From positions 352,001 through 416,000 of the forward strand of contig CBDCRP010000002.1 of the NCBI GenBank assembly GCA_965221165.1: DNA of 64,000 bases, written 5' to 3'. The position numbers and the translations under genes were made by a program. Below the pieces are notes generated by a model. That model was not told the origin of the DNA. It worked only from the letters and a program-made list of their open reading frames with translations, and did not search any database. Below are positions 1 through 9,772 of the stretch, one piece after another; the first letter of the stretch is position 1; each line of letters begins with the position of its first letter. Origin of the DNA: a bacterium (GTDB taxonomy: Bacteria; UBA8248).

Positions 1-4
1 TTTA

Positions 5-1105
5 TTGGTGCATCTCGATAACGGGCAGAACACGAACCGCTCGGCCGAAACCGAGTTTGAAGAATTAGCTCTCCTCACACGCGAGGCCGGTTTCATACCT
101 TGCGGGAGAATTCTGCAGCGCCGCAAAAAGCCGGACCCTCGTTTCGTCATCGGCAAAGGCCGGCTGGCGGATGTCTTGATGAACTCGATGCAGGTGGGAG
201 CCGAGGCATTGTTCTTCTCCAATGAGTTGACACCCTCGCAAATCAAGAATTTATCTGAATTCACCGATCTGAAAATTCTCGACCGGACACAAATTATCCT
301 CGATATCTTCGCCCAGAGGGCAAAGAGCCGTGTGGGAAAACTTCAGGTGGAACTGGCATTACTGCGGTATACGCTACCCCGCATCTCATCCCAACACACG
401 GCCTTGAGCAGGCTCACCGGTGGTATCGGCGGCAGGGGACCGGGTGAAACAAAATTGGAGATCCACCGTCGCCGCGCATTCGAGCGCATTCGCAGAGTGG
501 AAAAAGAACTTGAAAATTTACAAAGAAAACGCTCTCAGGGCAGACGCCTCCGCCGGCGTCGCCAAGTGCCGGTTTTATCCCTGGTGGGCTACACCAATGC
601 GGGGAAATCCACACTTCTGAACGTCTTAACGAATAGCGACGTTTTGGCCGAGAACCGACTTTTCGCCTCTTTGGACACATCAAGCCGAAGGCTCAGGCTC
701 CCACGCGAGCAGGAAGTCATTATTACGGATACCGTCGGTTTTATTCATGACCTCCCTCAAGAGCTGATAGGGGCATTCCGCTCGACATTGGAGGAATTGA
801 GTGAAGCGGACCTTCTTCTTCATGTGATTGACGCCTCATCTCCACATTGTGAGGACAACCTCTTTTCGGTAGAGAAAATCCTGGATGAGATTGGGCTGAA
901 AGACACGCCTCTCATTCGGGTTTTCAATAAAATCGACCAGACGGACGATATCCGCCTGGCCAATCTGTGCCGTCGATTCAACGGCATCGCCGTGAGCGGC
1001 ATAGATCCCGAGAGCCTAGTTCCTCTAGTAGAGGAGGCAGCCTCCCGCCTATCGAGCATGGACAAGCAAGATGAGATGCAAAAATACGAACAAATCGCAA
1101 ACTAA
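5..1105 (+). CDS. hflX: GTPase HflX (may be 5'-truncated by window edge)
   Basis: ILDIFAQRA, GKLQVELA, GGRGPGETKLE, G1 GYTNAGKSTL, DTVGFI, NKID motifs. Confidence 0.95.
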   Translation: MVHLDNGQNTNRSAETEFEELALLTREAGFIPCGRILQRRKKPDPRFVIGKGRLADVLMNSMQVGAEALFFSNELTPSQIKNLSEFTDLKILDRTQIILDIFAQRAKSRVGKLQVELALLRYTLPRISSQHTALSRLTGGIGGRGPGETKLEIHRRRAFERIRRVEKELENLQRKRSQGRRLRRRRQVPVLSLVGYTNAGKSTLLNVLTNSDVLAENRLFASLDTSSRRLRLPREQEVIITDTVGFIHDLPQELIGAFRSTLEELSEADLLLHVIDASSPHCEDNLFSVEKILDEIGLKDTPLIRVFNKIDQTDDIRLANLCRRFNGIAVSGIDPESLVPLVEEAASRLSSMDKQDEMQKYEQIAN

Positions 1106-1762
1106 TTTTTACTTTGCAAGAAAATTTCTCTTTTTGTCTATTTTGCTGATGGGTTTTCTGGCTGGTGGTTGTGCTGGAACCGGCCTTTCGTCGCAAGACA
1201 TCTGGGAAAAGACGAAATCCACCGCTCAATCCGCATACGTCAAGACCCAGCGAGCCGTTACGAACACCTTGATCTCCATAGGGAAATACCAACGAGAAAA
1301 CGCATACGAACAACAAAGCACCCAGGAAACAAAAACCACGCCAGATAAAATACAAAAAACAAAAGAAAAACCATCATTCGGCCCACCGAAACACCCCGTC
1401 TTCAAGACCGGTTTCCATCCAGAATGCCTCCTGCGCAGGAAGAAAACCTGAGCCTCGGACAAGCCCGGCAGACCGCCAAGAGAAACACACAGGGTGAAGA
1501 CTCGAGAGACACGGTTTTGGCGCCCCCCACGACGATGGCCCCGGAAGAATTGCGACAACGCATCCAAGAAATCGAACGAGAGCGAATTCACTCAAAAAAT
1601 CCCGACAGAAGACGCACGCTGGCTCATGAACAGAGGAAATTGGAGGAACTGTTGCTCAAATCCCAAAAAGAAGAGGTCATCATCGAGGAAATGGAGCAAT
1701 TACGTCGCCGGTTGAGAAAACTGCAAGAAGATTTGCTCAAAATTCAACAAACCGATCGCTAA
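1071..1762 (+). pseudogene. Putative lipoprotein with C-terminal coiled coil, split by a 1-nt frameshift (ORFs 1071-1451 and 1424-1762)
   Basis: Lipobox-like FLAGGC after a hydrophobic stretch; second frame opens at 1349 and overlaps the first across an A-rich tract (1347-1370). Confidence 0.55.
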
Positions 1763-1771
1763 AGAGTCAGG

Positions 1772-4495
1772 CTACTTCAAAGAATTGCTCGATACAGTCA
1801 CCAGGCATTCTTTACTCGGCTTCATAAAATGACGCGCGGCTTCTTTGACGGAATTCATATCCACCCGTTCAATTTGCCGCTTAGTTTCTTCGAGCGTTTC
1901 CCATCCCAAACCATGGGTGAATCTGCCCGCCAGGTCGGCCGCTCTCGCAAAGGCCCGCTGATGACTGCGAGACAACCCTCCAATGAGATAAGACTTGGCC
2001 CGATGGAATTCCTCATCACCGAGCCCTTGGAGGCTTACGCGCGCAATTTCCTGACGCATCAAATCGATGGCCAGTTTTTCCTTTCCCCCGGGCGTAGCCG
2101 CATAAATCGAAATGGGGCCCGGATCGAGAGATTCCTGAGAGGAAACGCTCACATCGTAGGCAAGACCACGCTTTTCTCTCAACTCCAGGAAGAGCCCTCC
2201 GCCTTGACTGCCCAAGACCGCCGCGATGACGGCAAGCGCATATCTTGCGGGATCGTGAAATGTCGTTCCCAAAAAAGACATATGGATATGGCTTTGCGAC
2301 GCTCCATCAAGCACATACGAGCGAAAACGCCTCCTCGAGAGGCTTCTGGGCGGAGCCGGCTGGAGAACAGGTGTTTCCCGAGGGGCGCTTCTTGCCCAAG
2401 GCGTCAACATTTCCGGGAGATTTTTTTTCAAACACGAGACGTCAAAATTGCCGGCGACTGCCAGGACCAAATTCGTGGGAGATGTTCTTCTTCGCCATTC
2501 TCGCCTCAAAACCCTCTGGTTGAAGGCGGCTATCGTCTTGGGAGTTCCAAGAGGATGGCGACCCAATGGATGTTTTCCATATAAAAGCTGATACCCCTTG
2601 AGCCGGCAGCATTGCCCCAGATCATCGAGTTCGCTGTCGCGCTCCGCATTGAGCTCGGCCCGGGCGAATTCAACATCATCCTCATCAAAAGCGGGCGCAG
2701 ACATGACCTCCACGAATTTTTCCATCACTTCGGGCAAAACCGCGCTAAGGCCGGAAGCAGTCAGCCCAAAAGTATTTCTCCCGGCAAACCCATCGATACT
2801 GGCGCCCAAACCCTCCACCTCTTTCGTAAGGACGAACGATGGGCAATTCCGGGTCGCCATGGGAGCTACAGACATCATCAGGGCATGCAGTCCGCCCTGT
2901 CGGGCGGATTCATTTCTTTGCCCCCCCGGGAATACGGCTCGTAAAGAGAAAACAAGGGGGCCGCTTCCAGGCAACATGACCAACCGCCCGCCACCGGGAA
3001 GCCTCGCCTCCATGGGTTTGTTCTTTGTCTTTGAGAGCCTTGAATTCCCGGCAAAATCTCTCCTTCGAGAAACGGAGCGGGCATGATCGGATGATGCCGA
3101 TTTTTCCGCTATGTCTCGATTTCTATTCGTGATGTCCTGTTTTTTCTCGCCACCATCGTTGAATCCGCTCAGTATCGCTTTTCGAATTCTTCGCACACCG
3201 ACTCCCGGTGCTTCCCCTTTGGGGAAGAACACGCCCGCGGTCAATCGCGATGGCGCCAGATACCGTCTCGCCACATCCGTGACGTCATTCGCATTCACCT
3301 CCATCAGCATCTTCATGTACTTCAAATAATAATTTGCGTCCCCGGTAATCAATTCGGAATAACCCGCCACATGGGCGCGCCCCGTCATTCTCTCGCGCCG
3401 AAACTCCAAACCGGTCAGATAATTCATACGTACCTTATCCAACTCATCCGGGGTGGTCGGTTTATCCCCGATGATTTGCTTCGCCACCTGAAGAATCTGC
3501 TCGGCAGCCTTCTCGACGTTTTCCGATGCGGCATACCCGCCCAAGAAAAACAGTCCCGGCCCTCCAGACAAACAGGTGTCTGCAGAAACATCGAACATCA
3601 AGGAGGTATCCATGCAAAGATGCCCATACAGGCGGGAGCTTTCGCCCGCTCCGAGAACGATGCCGAGCACCTCTAGCGCGGGAGCATCCCGGTGGGTCAA
3701 AGGAGGAATTTCAAAGGCAAGATCGAGGTGCGCCGTTCCCGTGCGGCCGCGTCGCACAACGATGCGCGGCCCTGCTTTCAGAGGGGCCGGCCCGGGAACT
3801 TTCGGCATTTTTCTGCGACCGGGTTTCGGCCACTTGATGCGCAATTTTTTTTGTCTTTTTCTCAAAATAGATTTGATTCTGGAGACATCGAAGGCGCCGG
3901 CAAACACCAGGAAGGCCGATGAGGGCGAATAGAATTTCTCGTGATATTTTCTCAATTCTCCCGCACTTATATTCTTCAGCGTGCGCCGCGTGCCTAGAAT
4001 GGCGCGTCCATAAGGATGCCGGTAGCCGTACGCCTCACGATAGAGATGATATTGAAGCAACTGGTCCGGTTGTTCGTATGTGCGATTCAACTCGGAGAGA
4101 ATGACCTGTCTTTCCTGGTGAACCTCGTTCTCGTCAAACCGTGGCCACCAAAGCGCATCGAGGAGCGCTTCCAGACACCCCTCGAATTTATCCGGCATCG
4201 ATATCAGGTCGTAATGGGTGGATTCGCTCGTCGTGTAGGCGTTAATGTCTCCACCGGAAGACTCGGCCAGCGAAGCGAGTTCCCCTACTTCCAAATTTTG
4301 GGAACCCTTGAATATCATATGCTCTAAAAAATGGGAGATGCCCTCGAGCGGGTCTGTTTCAGTGAGGCTGCCGACGCGAAACCATGCCTGCACGCTCACG
4401 GCGGGAACTGTGGAATCCGGCAGAAAAAGACAAACTGGGCCTCCCCTCACTCGGGAGACGAGAGGTTCCATATCTTTGGTGAACTCTTCGTTCAT
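1772..4495 (-). CDS. M16 (pitrilysin/insulinase) family zinc peptidase, two-module
   Basis: HFLEH (HxxEH) motif, GGDINAYT, duplicated M16 architecture. Confidence 0.9.
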   Translation of the reverse strand: MNEEFTKDMEPLVSRVRGGPVCLFLPDSTVPAVSVQAWFRVGSLTETDPLEGISHFLEHMIFKGSQNLEVGELASLAESSGGDINAYTTSESTHYDLISMPDKFEGCLEALLDALWWPRFDENEVHQERQVILSELNRTYEQPDQLLQYHLYREAYGYRHPYGRAILGTRRTLKNISAGELRKYHEKFYSPSSAFLVFAGAFDVSRIKSILRKRQKKLRIKWPKPGRRKMPKVPGPAPLKAGPRIVVRRGRTGTAHLDLAFEIPPLTHRDAPALEVLGIVLGAGESSRLYGHLCMDTSLMFDVSADTCLSGGPGLFFLGGYAASENVEKAAEQILQVAKQIIGDKPTTPDELDKVRMNYLTGLEFRRERMTGRAHVAGYSELITGDANYYLKYMKMLMEVNANDVTDVARRYLAPSRLTAGVFFPKGEAPGVGVRRIRKAILSGFNDGGEKKQDITNRNRDIAEKSASSDHARSVSRRRDFAGNSRLSKTKNKPMEARLPGGGRLVMLPGSGPLVFSLRAVFPGGQRNESARQGGLHALMMSVAPMATRNCPSFVLTKEVEGLGASIDGFAGRNTFGLTASGLSAVLPEVMEKFVEVMSAPAFDEDDVEFARAELNAERDSELDDLGQCCRLKGYQLLYGKHPLGRHPLGTPKTIAAFNQRVLRREWRRRTSPTNLVLAVAGNFDVSCLKKNLPEMLTPWARSAPRETPVLQPAPPRSLSRRRFRSYVLDGASQSHIHMSFLGTTFHDPARYALAVIAAVLGSQGGGLFLELREKRGLAYDVSVSSQESLDPGPISIYAATPGGKEKLAIDLMRQEIARVSLQGLGDEEFHRAKSYLIGGLSRSHQRAFARAADLAGRFTHGLGWETLEETKRQIERVDMNSVKEAARHFMKPSKECLVTVSSNSLK

Positions 4496-4589
4496 ATCGC
4501 CTTGAAATTTCTTGAACCAGCATTAAATAGGCCTTTTTTCGCCCATGTAGCTGATTCGACTTCACCTGAATCCAGAATTGGCGAATCCC

Positions 4590-4617
4590 TTGACTTCTAG
4601 CGAACGGAGCGTATCAT
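4590..4617 (+). promoter_or_regulatory. Candidate sigma70 promoter for the ferredoxin/UxaA genes
   Basis: TTGACT-N16-TATCAT in the divergent intergenic region. Confidence 0.45.
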
Positions 4618-4720
4618 CTCCCTCTGGTAAAGTCATTCAGAAATGATGTCGAGAGATTTTGAAGCCTCACGCGAAAAAATTCCATAAGAGACTATCGCTA
4701 ATTTGAAAAGAGGATGGCCC

Positions 4721-5062
4721 GTGGAACATATCAAAAGACACGTTTTCGTCTGCATCAACCAACGCCCACCGAATCATCCCATGGGCTGTTGCCAGAGCAA
4801 GGGCAGCATCGAAGTCGCACAAGCGATTACGGAGGCGATTGGCTCGAATGACGACCTCGCTGCGGATACGGCCATGGCAGGCGCGACTTGCCTGGGTCCG
4901 TGCACGATGGGTCCCACCCTAGTCGTCTACCCGGAGGGCGTCTGGTACACGGGCGTGAAGGTAGAGGACGTTCCTGAACTCATAGAGGAACACCTGAGAA
5001 ACGGTCGCCCGGTCGAGAGACTGCGGTTAAGGCTGCCCGGAAACGTCGAAAACAACGATTAG
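4721..5062 (+). CDS. Thioredoxin-like [2Fe-2S] ferredoxin
   Basis: HVFVC...GCC...CLGPC..GP..VVYPEGVWY; GTG start after AGGA. Confidence 0.9.
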   Translation: MEHIKRHVFVCINQRPPNHPMGCCQSKGSIEVAQAITEAIGSNDDLAADTAMAGATCLGPCTMGPTLVVYPEGVWYTGVKVEDVPELIEEHLRNGRPVERLRLRLPGNVENND

Positions 5063-5083
5063 AATGAAAATGGAGACCCCTCG

Positions 5084-5356
5084 ATGAGCCGTGGGCTGGT
5101 GATGCACTCGAAAGACAATGTTGCCACCGTGCTGGAGGACATCGCCTCCGAGCAAAATGTGGAAATCGAAGGTGGTGGGGAAATTTTGATGATTTACGCG
5201 ACGGAAGCGATTCCTTTTGGCCACAAAATCGCACTGCGAAAGATATCCTCAAGCGGAAAAGTACTCAAATACGGCGAGGTCATCGGCACCGCCACGCAAA
5301 ACATATCCGCCGGTAGCCACGTTCACGTTCACAACATCAAGAGCACCAGAGGCTAG
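5084..5356 (+). CDS. UxaA-family dehydratase small (SAF domain) subunit
   Basis: DNVATV, IPFGHKIAL, KYGEVIG, HVHVHN. Confidence 0.9.
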   Translation: MSRGLVMHSKDNVATVLEDIASEQNVEIEGGGEILMIYATEAIPFGHKIALRKISSSGKVLKYGEVIGTATQNISAGSHVHVHNIKSTRG

Positions 5357-5358
5357 GC

Positions 5359-6537
5359 ATGCCCAGAAAAAGGGGCACCCCTACTTTTTGGGGCTACAGA
5401 AGGCCCGAGGGTCCTCCGGGCGGCCGGAATCATCTCGCCATTATCAGCGGGATGGACAATTCAAACCCTATTGTCCGTAGAATCGGCTCACTGGTACGAG
5501 ACGCCACCCCCGTCAACACATCGTTCGGACGCGCTCTGATGGGTGAGGACGAGGAACAGCATTGGCGGGTAATGGGGCACACCGCCGCGCACCCCAACGT
5601 AGGGGCAGCCATTATCGTGAGCTTAGAACCCAAGAGTGCCAACGCCATTGCGGAAGTAGCCACGAGAACATCCCCCTGGATGCCCATAGAGGCTGTGAAC
5701 ATCCAGGAAATCGGGGGCACGCTCAGCACCACCTCTCATGTCGTGGAACTCGCCACAAAACTTTCTGCCCACCTCGCATCCGCCAAGCGGGTTCGCTGTG
5801 AGTTGGGAGAACTCACCATCGGGGCCGAATGCGGGGGTTCTGATACGACCAGCGGCGTCATTTCGAACCCCGTGACGGGAATGGTCGCCGATAAGGTCGT
5901 AGAGGCGGGGGGATCGGTCATCTTCTCCGAGACACTGGAAATTGTGGGGGCCGAGCATCTTCTCGCCCGCCGGGCCGCAGACAGAAAAACGGCGCAGAGA
6001 ATCATCGCTTCCGCCAAAAGCGCCGTTGATTACGCCGAAAGCATCGGCGTCGACTTCATCGGCTCGAATCCGGCGCCCGATAACATCCGGGGCGGTCTTT
6101 CATCCATTGAGGAAAAAAGCCTGGGAGCCATCAAAAAAGCGGGCAGCCATCCCATCGTCGAGGTCGTTGGCGTGGGCGAGCGCCCCTCGAAAAAAGGCAC
6201 CATCTTCGCCGACGCTCCTTGCGCAGGCGTAGAAAACATATCTTCGCTCGCGGCCAGCGGAGCGCAAGCGATTATTTTCTCGACCGGCATCGGCAATCCG
6301 ATCGGTCATCCCATTTCCCCCACCATCAAGGTGACCGGAAATCCCCGAACCGCCCGGACGATGGCCGAGAACATCGATGTGGACATCAGCGGCGTCATGG
6401 AAGGGACGATGCGCATCGATGAAGCGAGGGATTTGCTCGAAAAAGAACTAATCGCGGTGATGAGTGGAAAACTCACGACATCAGAGCTTTTGGGAGAGAC
6501 CGAACTCACGGTCAGCCGGGCCGCATTAAGCCTCTAA
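5359..6537 (+). CDS. UxaA-family dehydratase/lyase large subunit (altronate dehydratase/SuyB-like)
   Basis: HPNVGA, ECGGSDTTSG, GGLSSIEEKSLGAIKKAG, FSTG.GNP. Confidence 0.88.
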   Translation: MPRKRGTPTFWGYRRPEGPPGGRNHLAIISGMDNSNPIVRRIGSLVRDATPVNTSFGRALMGEDEEQHWRVMGHTAAHPNVGAAIIVSLEPKSANAIAEVATRTSPWMPIEAVNIQEIGGTLSTTSHVVELATKLSAHLASAKRVRCELGELTIGAECGGSDTTSGVISNPVTGMVADKVVEAGGSVIFSETLEIVGAEHLLARRAADRKTAQRIIASAKSAVDYAESIGVDFIGSNPAPDNIRGGLSSIEEKSLGAIKKAGSHPIVEVVGVGERPSKKGTIFADAPCAGVENISSLAASGAQAIIFSTGIGNPIGHPISPTIKVTGNPRTARTMAENIDVDISGVMEGTMRIDEARDLLEKELIAVMSGKLTTSELLGETELTVSRAALSL

Positions 6538-6583
6538 AACCTCTTGTTGCGAGCAACTCAGCCGACCAAAAGACGTCCGCAGC

Positions 6584-7096
6584 TTAAAAACCCATCCCCA
6601 CGATGAGCCGATTCCAGGCGTTGATGAGCGCGATGGCGCCGAGAAGTTCCACTATCTGCGCTTCTGAATAGTGCGCCTTGAGCGCCTCAAAAGTCTCATC
6701 GGAAACACTCACCCCCTGTGTGCTTTCCTCACAAAGGCGCAGCGCCGCTTTTTCTGGATCATTGAAGAGGTCGCTCGAGGAACCCTCTTGCGCGGCTTTT
6801 GTCTTCTCATCACCCACCTTGTGCATCCTTGCCATGTTTGAATGCATGTTCGTGCAAAAATGGCACCCGTTGAGCACCGATGCGCGAATGTTCAGGATTT
6901 CCTTGAAACCTATGTCGATCTCTCCCGGGCCATCCGCCACCGTGGTCAAGCTCAATAAAGATCGCAAGAAATCCGGTTTATGGGCCAAGGCCTTCACCGG
7001 TGGAATCACGACGCCGAATTGTTTTTTCAAATTCTCCATGATGCGTTTTGCGGACGCTTCCGCCTGTTCGGGCTCTAACTGGGAAATCCGTGCCAT
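6584..7096 (-). CDS. Carboxymuconolactone decarboxylase/AhpD-like protein
   Basis: SVLNGCHFCTNMH (CxxC..H), INAWNR. Confidence 0.85.
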   Translation of the reverse strand: MARISQLEPEQAEASAKRIMENLKKQFGVVIPPVKALAHKPDFLRSLLSLTTVADGPGEIDIGFKEILNIRASVLNGCHFCTNMHSNMARMHKVGDEKTKAAQEGSSSDLFNDPEKAALRLCEESTQGVSVSDETFEALKAHYSEAQIVELLGAIALINAWNRLIVGMGF

Positions 7097-7330
7097 TCCA
7101 TGCTCCTTAGATTGATTCGTCGGGGTGGATGCTTGCGCACGAGAGATACGCTCATTCCACCGATATTTACGTCACCTCGAGGGTACCGGTCAATGAATAC
7201 TCCAAAACCACCCCGCATACCGCTATAAACTCTAATGAGCGGAAGCACAAAACATCTTCTTTTGTTAAACTATACTCCTGTGAATTTCCTGTTTTCTGCG
7301 GCATTCGCCTTAAACGAATGGATGAACCCT

Positions 7331-8158
7331 ATGGACAAGCAAATTTCTTTACGAGAAGCCGCTTCCCTCATCGAGGATGGAGATGCGATTAGTCCCGGCG
7401 GCACTCTTCTGCACAGGACTCCTGCCGCCCTCGTGCGCGAAATCGCGCGCGCAGGCACCCGGCGTCTAACGCTCATCAAGCCTTCCCCCGGCTATGACGC
7501 CGACCTCCTTTGCGCCGCAGGCGCCGTCGAGAGGGTCATCAGCGGTATCGTCACATTCGAGGCGGAATTCGGATTAGCGCCCCAATATCGAAAGGTGATT
7601 GAGAAAGGGTTGACCGGCCTCACCGAACACGCCTGAGCCAGCGTTCTCGCTGGGCTGCGGGCCGCAGCCTACGGCATCCCTTTTCAGCCCATTCGTGGAT
7701 TCACGGGGAGCGACATTCCGGAGCAAAGCGGTATTTTCACGATTGAAGACCCGTACACGAAAGAGGAACTCTACGCGATTCCCGCCCTCAAACCGGACTG
7801 GGCATTGATTCACGTTCAAAAATCAGACGCGCAGGGAAACGCCCAAATTCTGGGCAACCAGCAGTTTGACGTTGAAATGACGCGCGCGGCGCAAAAAGGG
7901 GTCATTCTCACAACCGAGAAAATCGTTGACCCCGAAGAACTCGCAGCGGAACCCGAGAGAACCACCATACCGGGTTTTCTCGTCAAAGCGGTCGTGGAAA
8001 CGCCGGGAGGGGCGTCTCCTTGCAGTTGCCATCCATACTACGGGGTCGATAAGGATGAAATGGGTCGTTACCTGGCCCTGACCCAAAGCAAGGATGGACT
8101 TGGGGAATATCTTGCCGGTACCGACCAGACACACACGCAAGACGCGTTGAGAAGATAG
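7331..8158 (+). CDS. Family I CoA-transferase-like alpha subunit with in-frame TGA (predicted selenocysteine at codon 102)
   Basis: ORFs 7235-7636 and 7805-8158 share a frame. After TGA 7634-7636 the frame continues without a stop as ASVLAGLRAAAYGIPFQP...DPYT...AIPALKPDWALIHVQKSD..GNA, which are family-typical motifs. Confidence 0.85.
7651..7671 (+). promoter_or_regulatory. Candidate bacterial SECIS hairpin
   Basis: TGGGCTGCG-GGC-CGCAGCCTA: 9-bp stem, G-starting loop, stem begins 15 nt after the UGA. Confidence 0.65.
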
Positions 8159-8160
8159 CG

Positions 8161-8913
8161 ATGGGCAATCGCCTGGCTTCGTTGCCTGAACACGTCATCC
8201 GCGCCGGAAACCAGATGGTCGTCACGCTGTCGCACCTCATCGAAGATGGTGACAAAGTGTTTCACGGGGTCAACTCTCCGCTTCCGATGGTTGCGATTTT
8301 TTTGGCCAAAAAACGACACGCGCCCAACTGCATGCTCATAGAAGTCGCGGGTTCCGTGGACCCGAAACCACGCTTCATGCCGAATAGCACGGCCGACCCC
8401 GAACTCTGCCACGGCGCGGCTTCAATGTTCTACAACCCGGACATGTACGATCTTTTTGCACGTGGAGAGATGGACCTCGCTTTTCTGGGCGCCGCCCAAC
8501 TCGATAAGCAAGGACGAGCCAACATGAGCTATATCGGCGACCCGTTTCACCCGAAAGTCAGGCTCCCCGGTGGAGGGGGAGGCTCCGTCATCATGCCCCA
8601 GGTGAAACGAACGGTTATTTGGCGAACGGTGCACGACAGGCGATTTCTCGTGCCGAGGGTCGATTTTTCGACGCAATCCGGAAATCTGAGCCACGTGGTG
8701 ACATCCATCGCCTTGTTTGAAAAAAAATCGACAGGGCTCGAACTCGCCAGCGTTCACGCGGGTCATTCGATGGATGAAGTGGTCGAGAAAACCGGATTTG
8801 ATTTGCATCGCCCGAACGTTGTCGCGCAAACGCCCCTGCCGAGCGCCGATGAACTAAGCGCTTTGGAGGAACTCGACCCGGATGGCGTGCGCTTTTCAGA
8901 ATTTCGTGTATAA
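8161..8913 (+). CDS. Family I CoA-transferase-like beta subunit (GctB/IpdB-like)
   Basis: FLGAAQLD..G.AN, RLPGGGG, HDRRF...VDF; starts 2 nt after the alpha-subunit stop. Confidence 0.88.
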   Translation: MGNRLASLPEHVIRAGNQMVVTLSHLIEDGDKVFHGVNSPLPMVAIFLAKKRHAPNCMLIEVAGSVDPKPRFMPNSTADPELCHGAASMFYNPDMYDLFARGEMDLAFLGAAQLDKQGRANMSYIGDPFHPKVRLPGGGGGSVIMPQVKRTVIWRTVHDRRFLVPRVDFSTQSGNLSHVVTSIALFEKKSTGLELASVHAGHSMDEVVEKTGFDLHRPNVVAQTPLPSADELSALEELDPDGVRFSEFRV

Positions 8914-8995
8914 ATCACGCTACTTTGATTGAAACGGCAATGATCCCATTGCCACTTGGCGTTGATGGTTTTTGATATGAAGGATATCGGAGAAT

Positions 8996-9640
8996 TTGAT
9001 GAGCAGTGAATTGATGAATCGTTTGAAAAACTATTCTGCCTGCCAGGCGGCGGACGCCTTCGATAAATTAAATATCAGAGGCCACATGCCCGACATCATC
9101 CTGTTGTCCCCCGACCCGGATTACCGAATGGTGGGCGAGGCCCATACCGTTCGGATGGTTCCCGCCGGCGGCGGCGCTCTGCCCAAACGCGAGGCCCACC
9201 ATATCGACGCGGCGCCCGGGGGGAGCATCGTCGTCATCAGCATCCCCTCTGGGGTGACGACGGCCAACTGGGGCGGGATGATGAGCACGCGGGCGAAAAT
9301 GATGAACCTGGGCGGAGTCGTCCTGGACGGCAGAGCCAGGGATATCGAAGAACACCGCCAGATGGGATACCCCGTGTTCGCCAGAGGGGTGTCTGTTCAC
9401 GGCAGCGGCGGATATACGGTTCCCATCAGCGTGGGAGAACCGATCAATTGCGGGGGCGTCGCGGTAAGGCAGGGAGACGTCATTCTGGGAGACGTCAACG
9501 GTGTGGTCGTCATCCCCAGGGAAAGGCTCGAGGAAGTCATCGATAAAATGGATGAATTGGCGAAAATTGAAGAAAAAATCATCTCTGAGTTGGAAAAAGG
9601 CGCGAGCATCGGCGAGACGTTCGCCAAGTATCGAGGCTAG
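8996..9640 (+). CDS. RraA family / HMG-CHA aldolase-like protein
   Basis: ADAFD, WGGMMS, DGRARD, GDVILGDVNGVVVIP. Confidence 0.88.
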   Translation: MMSSELMNRLKNYSACQAADAFDKLNIRGHMPDIILLSPDPDYRMVGEAHTVRMVPAGGGALPKREAHHIDAAPGGSIVVISIPSGVTTANWGGMMSTRAKMMNLGGVVLDGRARDIEEHRQMGYPVFARGVSVHGSGGYTVPISVGEPINCGGVAVRQGDVILGDVNGVVVIPRERLEEVIDKMDELAKIEEKIISELEKGASIGETFAKYRG

Positions 9641-9772
9641 CCCAATACCACGACAACCACCCGAATACGCAATTTCATGAAATTTACTGAAAAGGCTTAT
9701 CCATCTGGCAGCAACAGATGAACCTGATATAATGCCGACGTAATTTAAGAAATCCGCCCCAGATAAGCTCAA

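Noticed and set aside
1449-1451. TGA ending ORF 1071-1451 as a second Sec codon
   Set aside because: Read-through gives low-quality Arg/Trp-rich sequence and no SECIS-like hairpin; a frameshift explains the locus better
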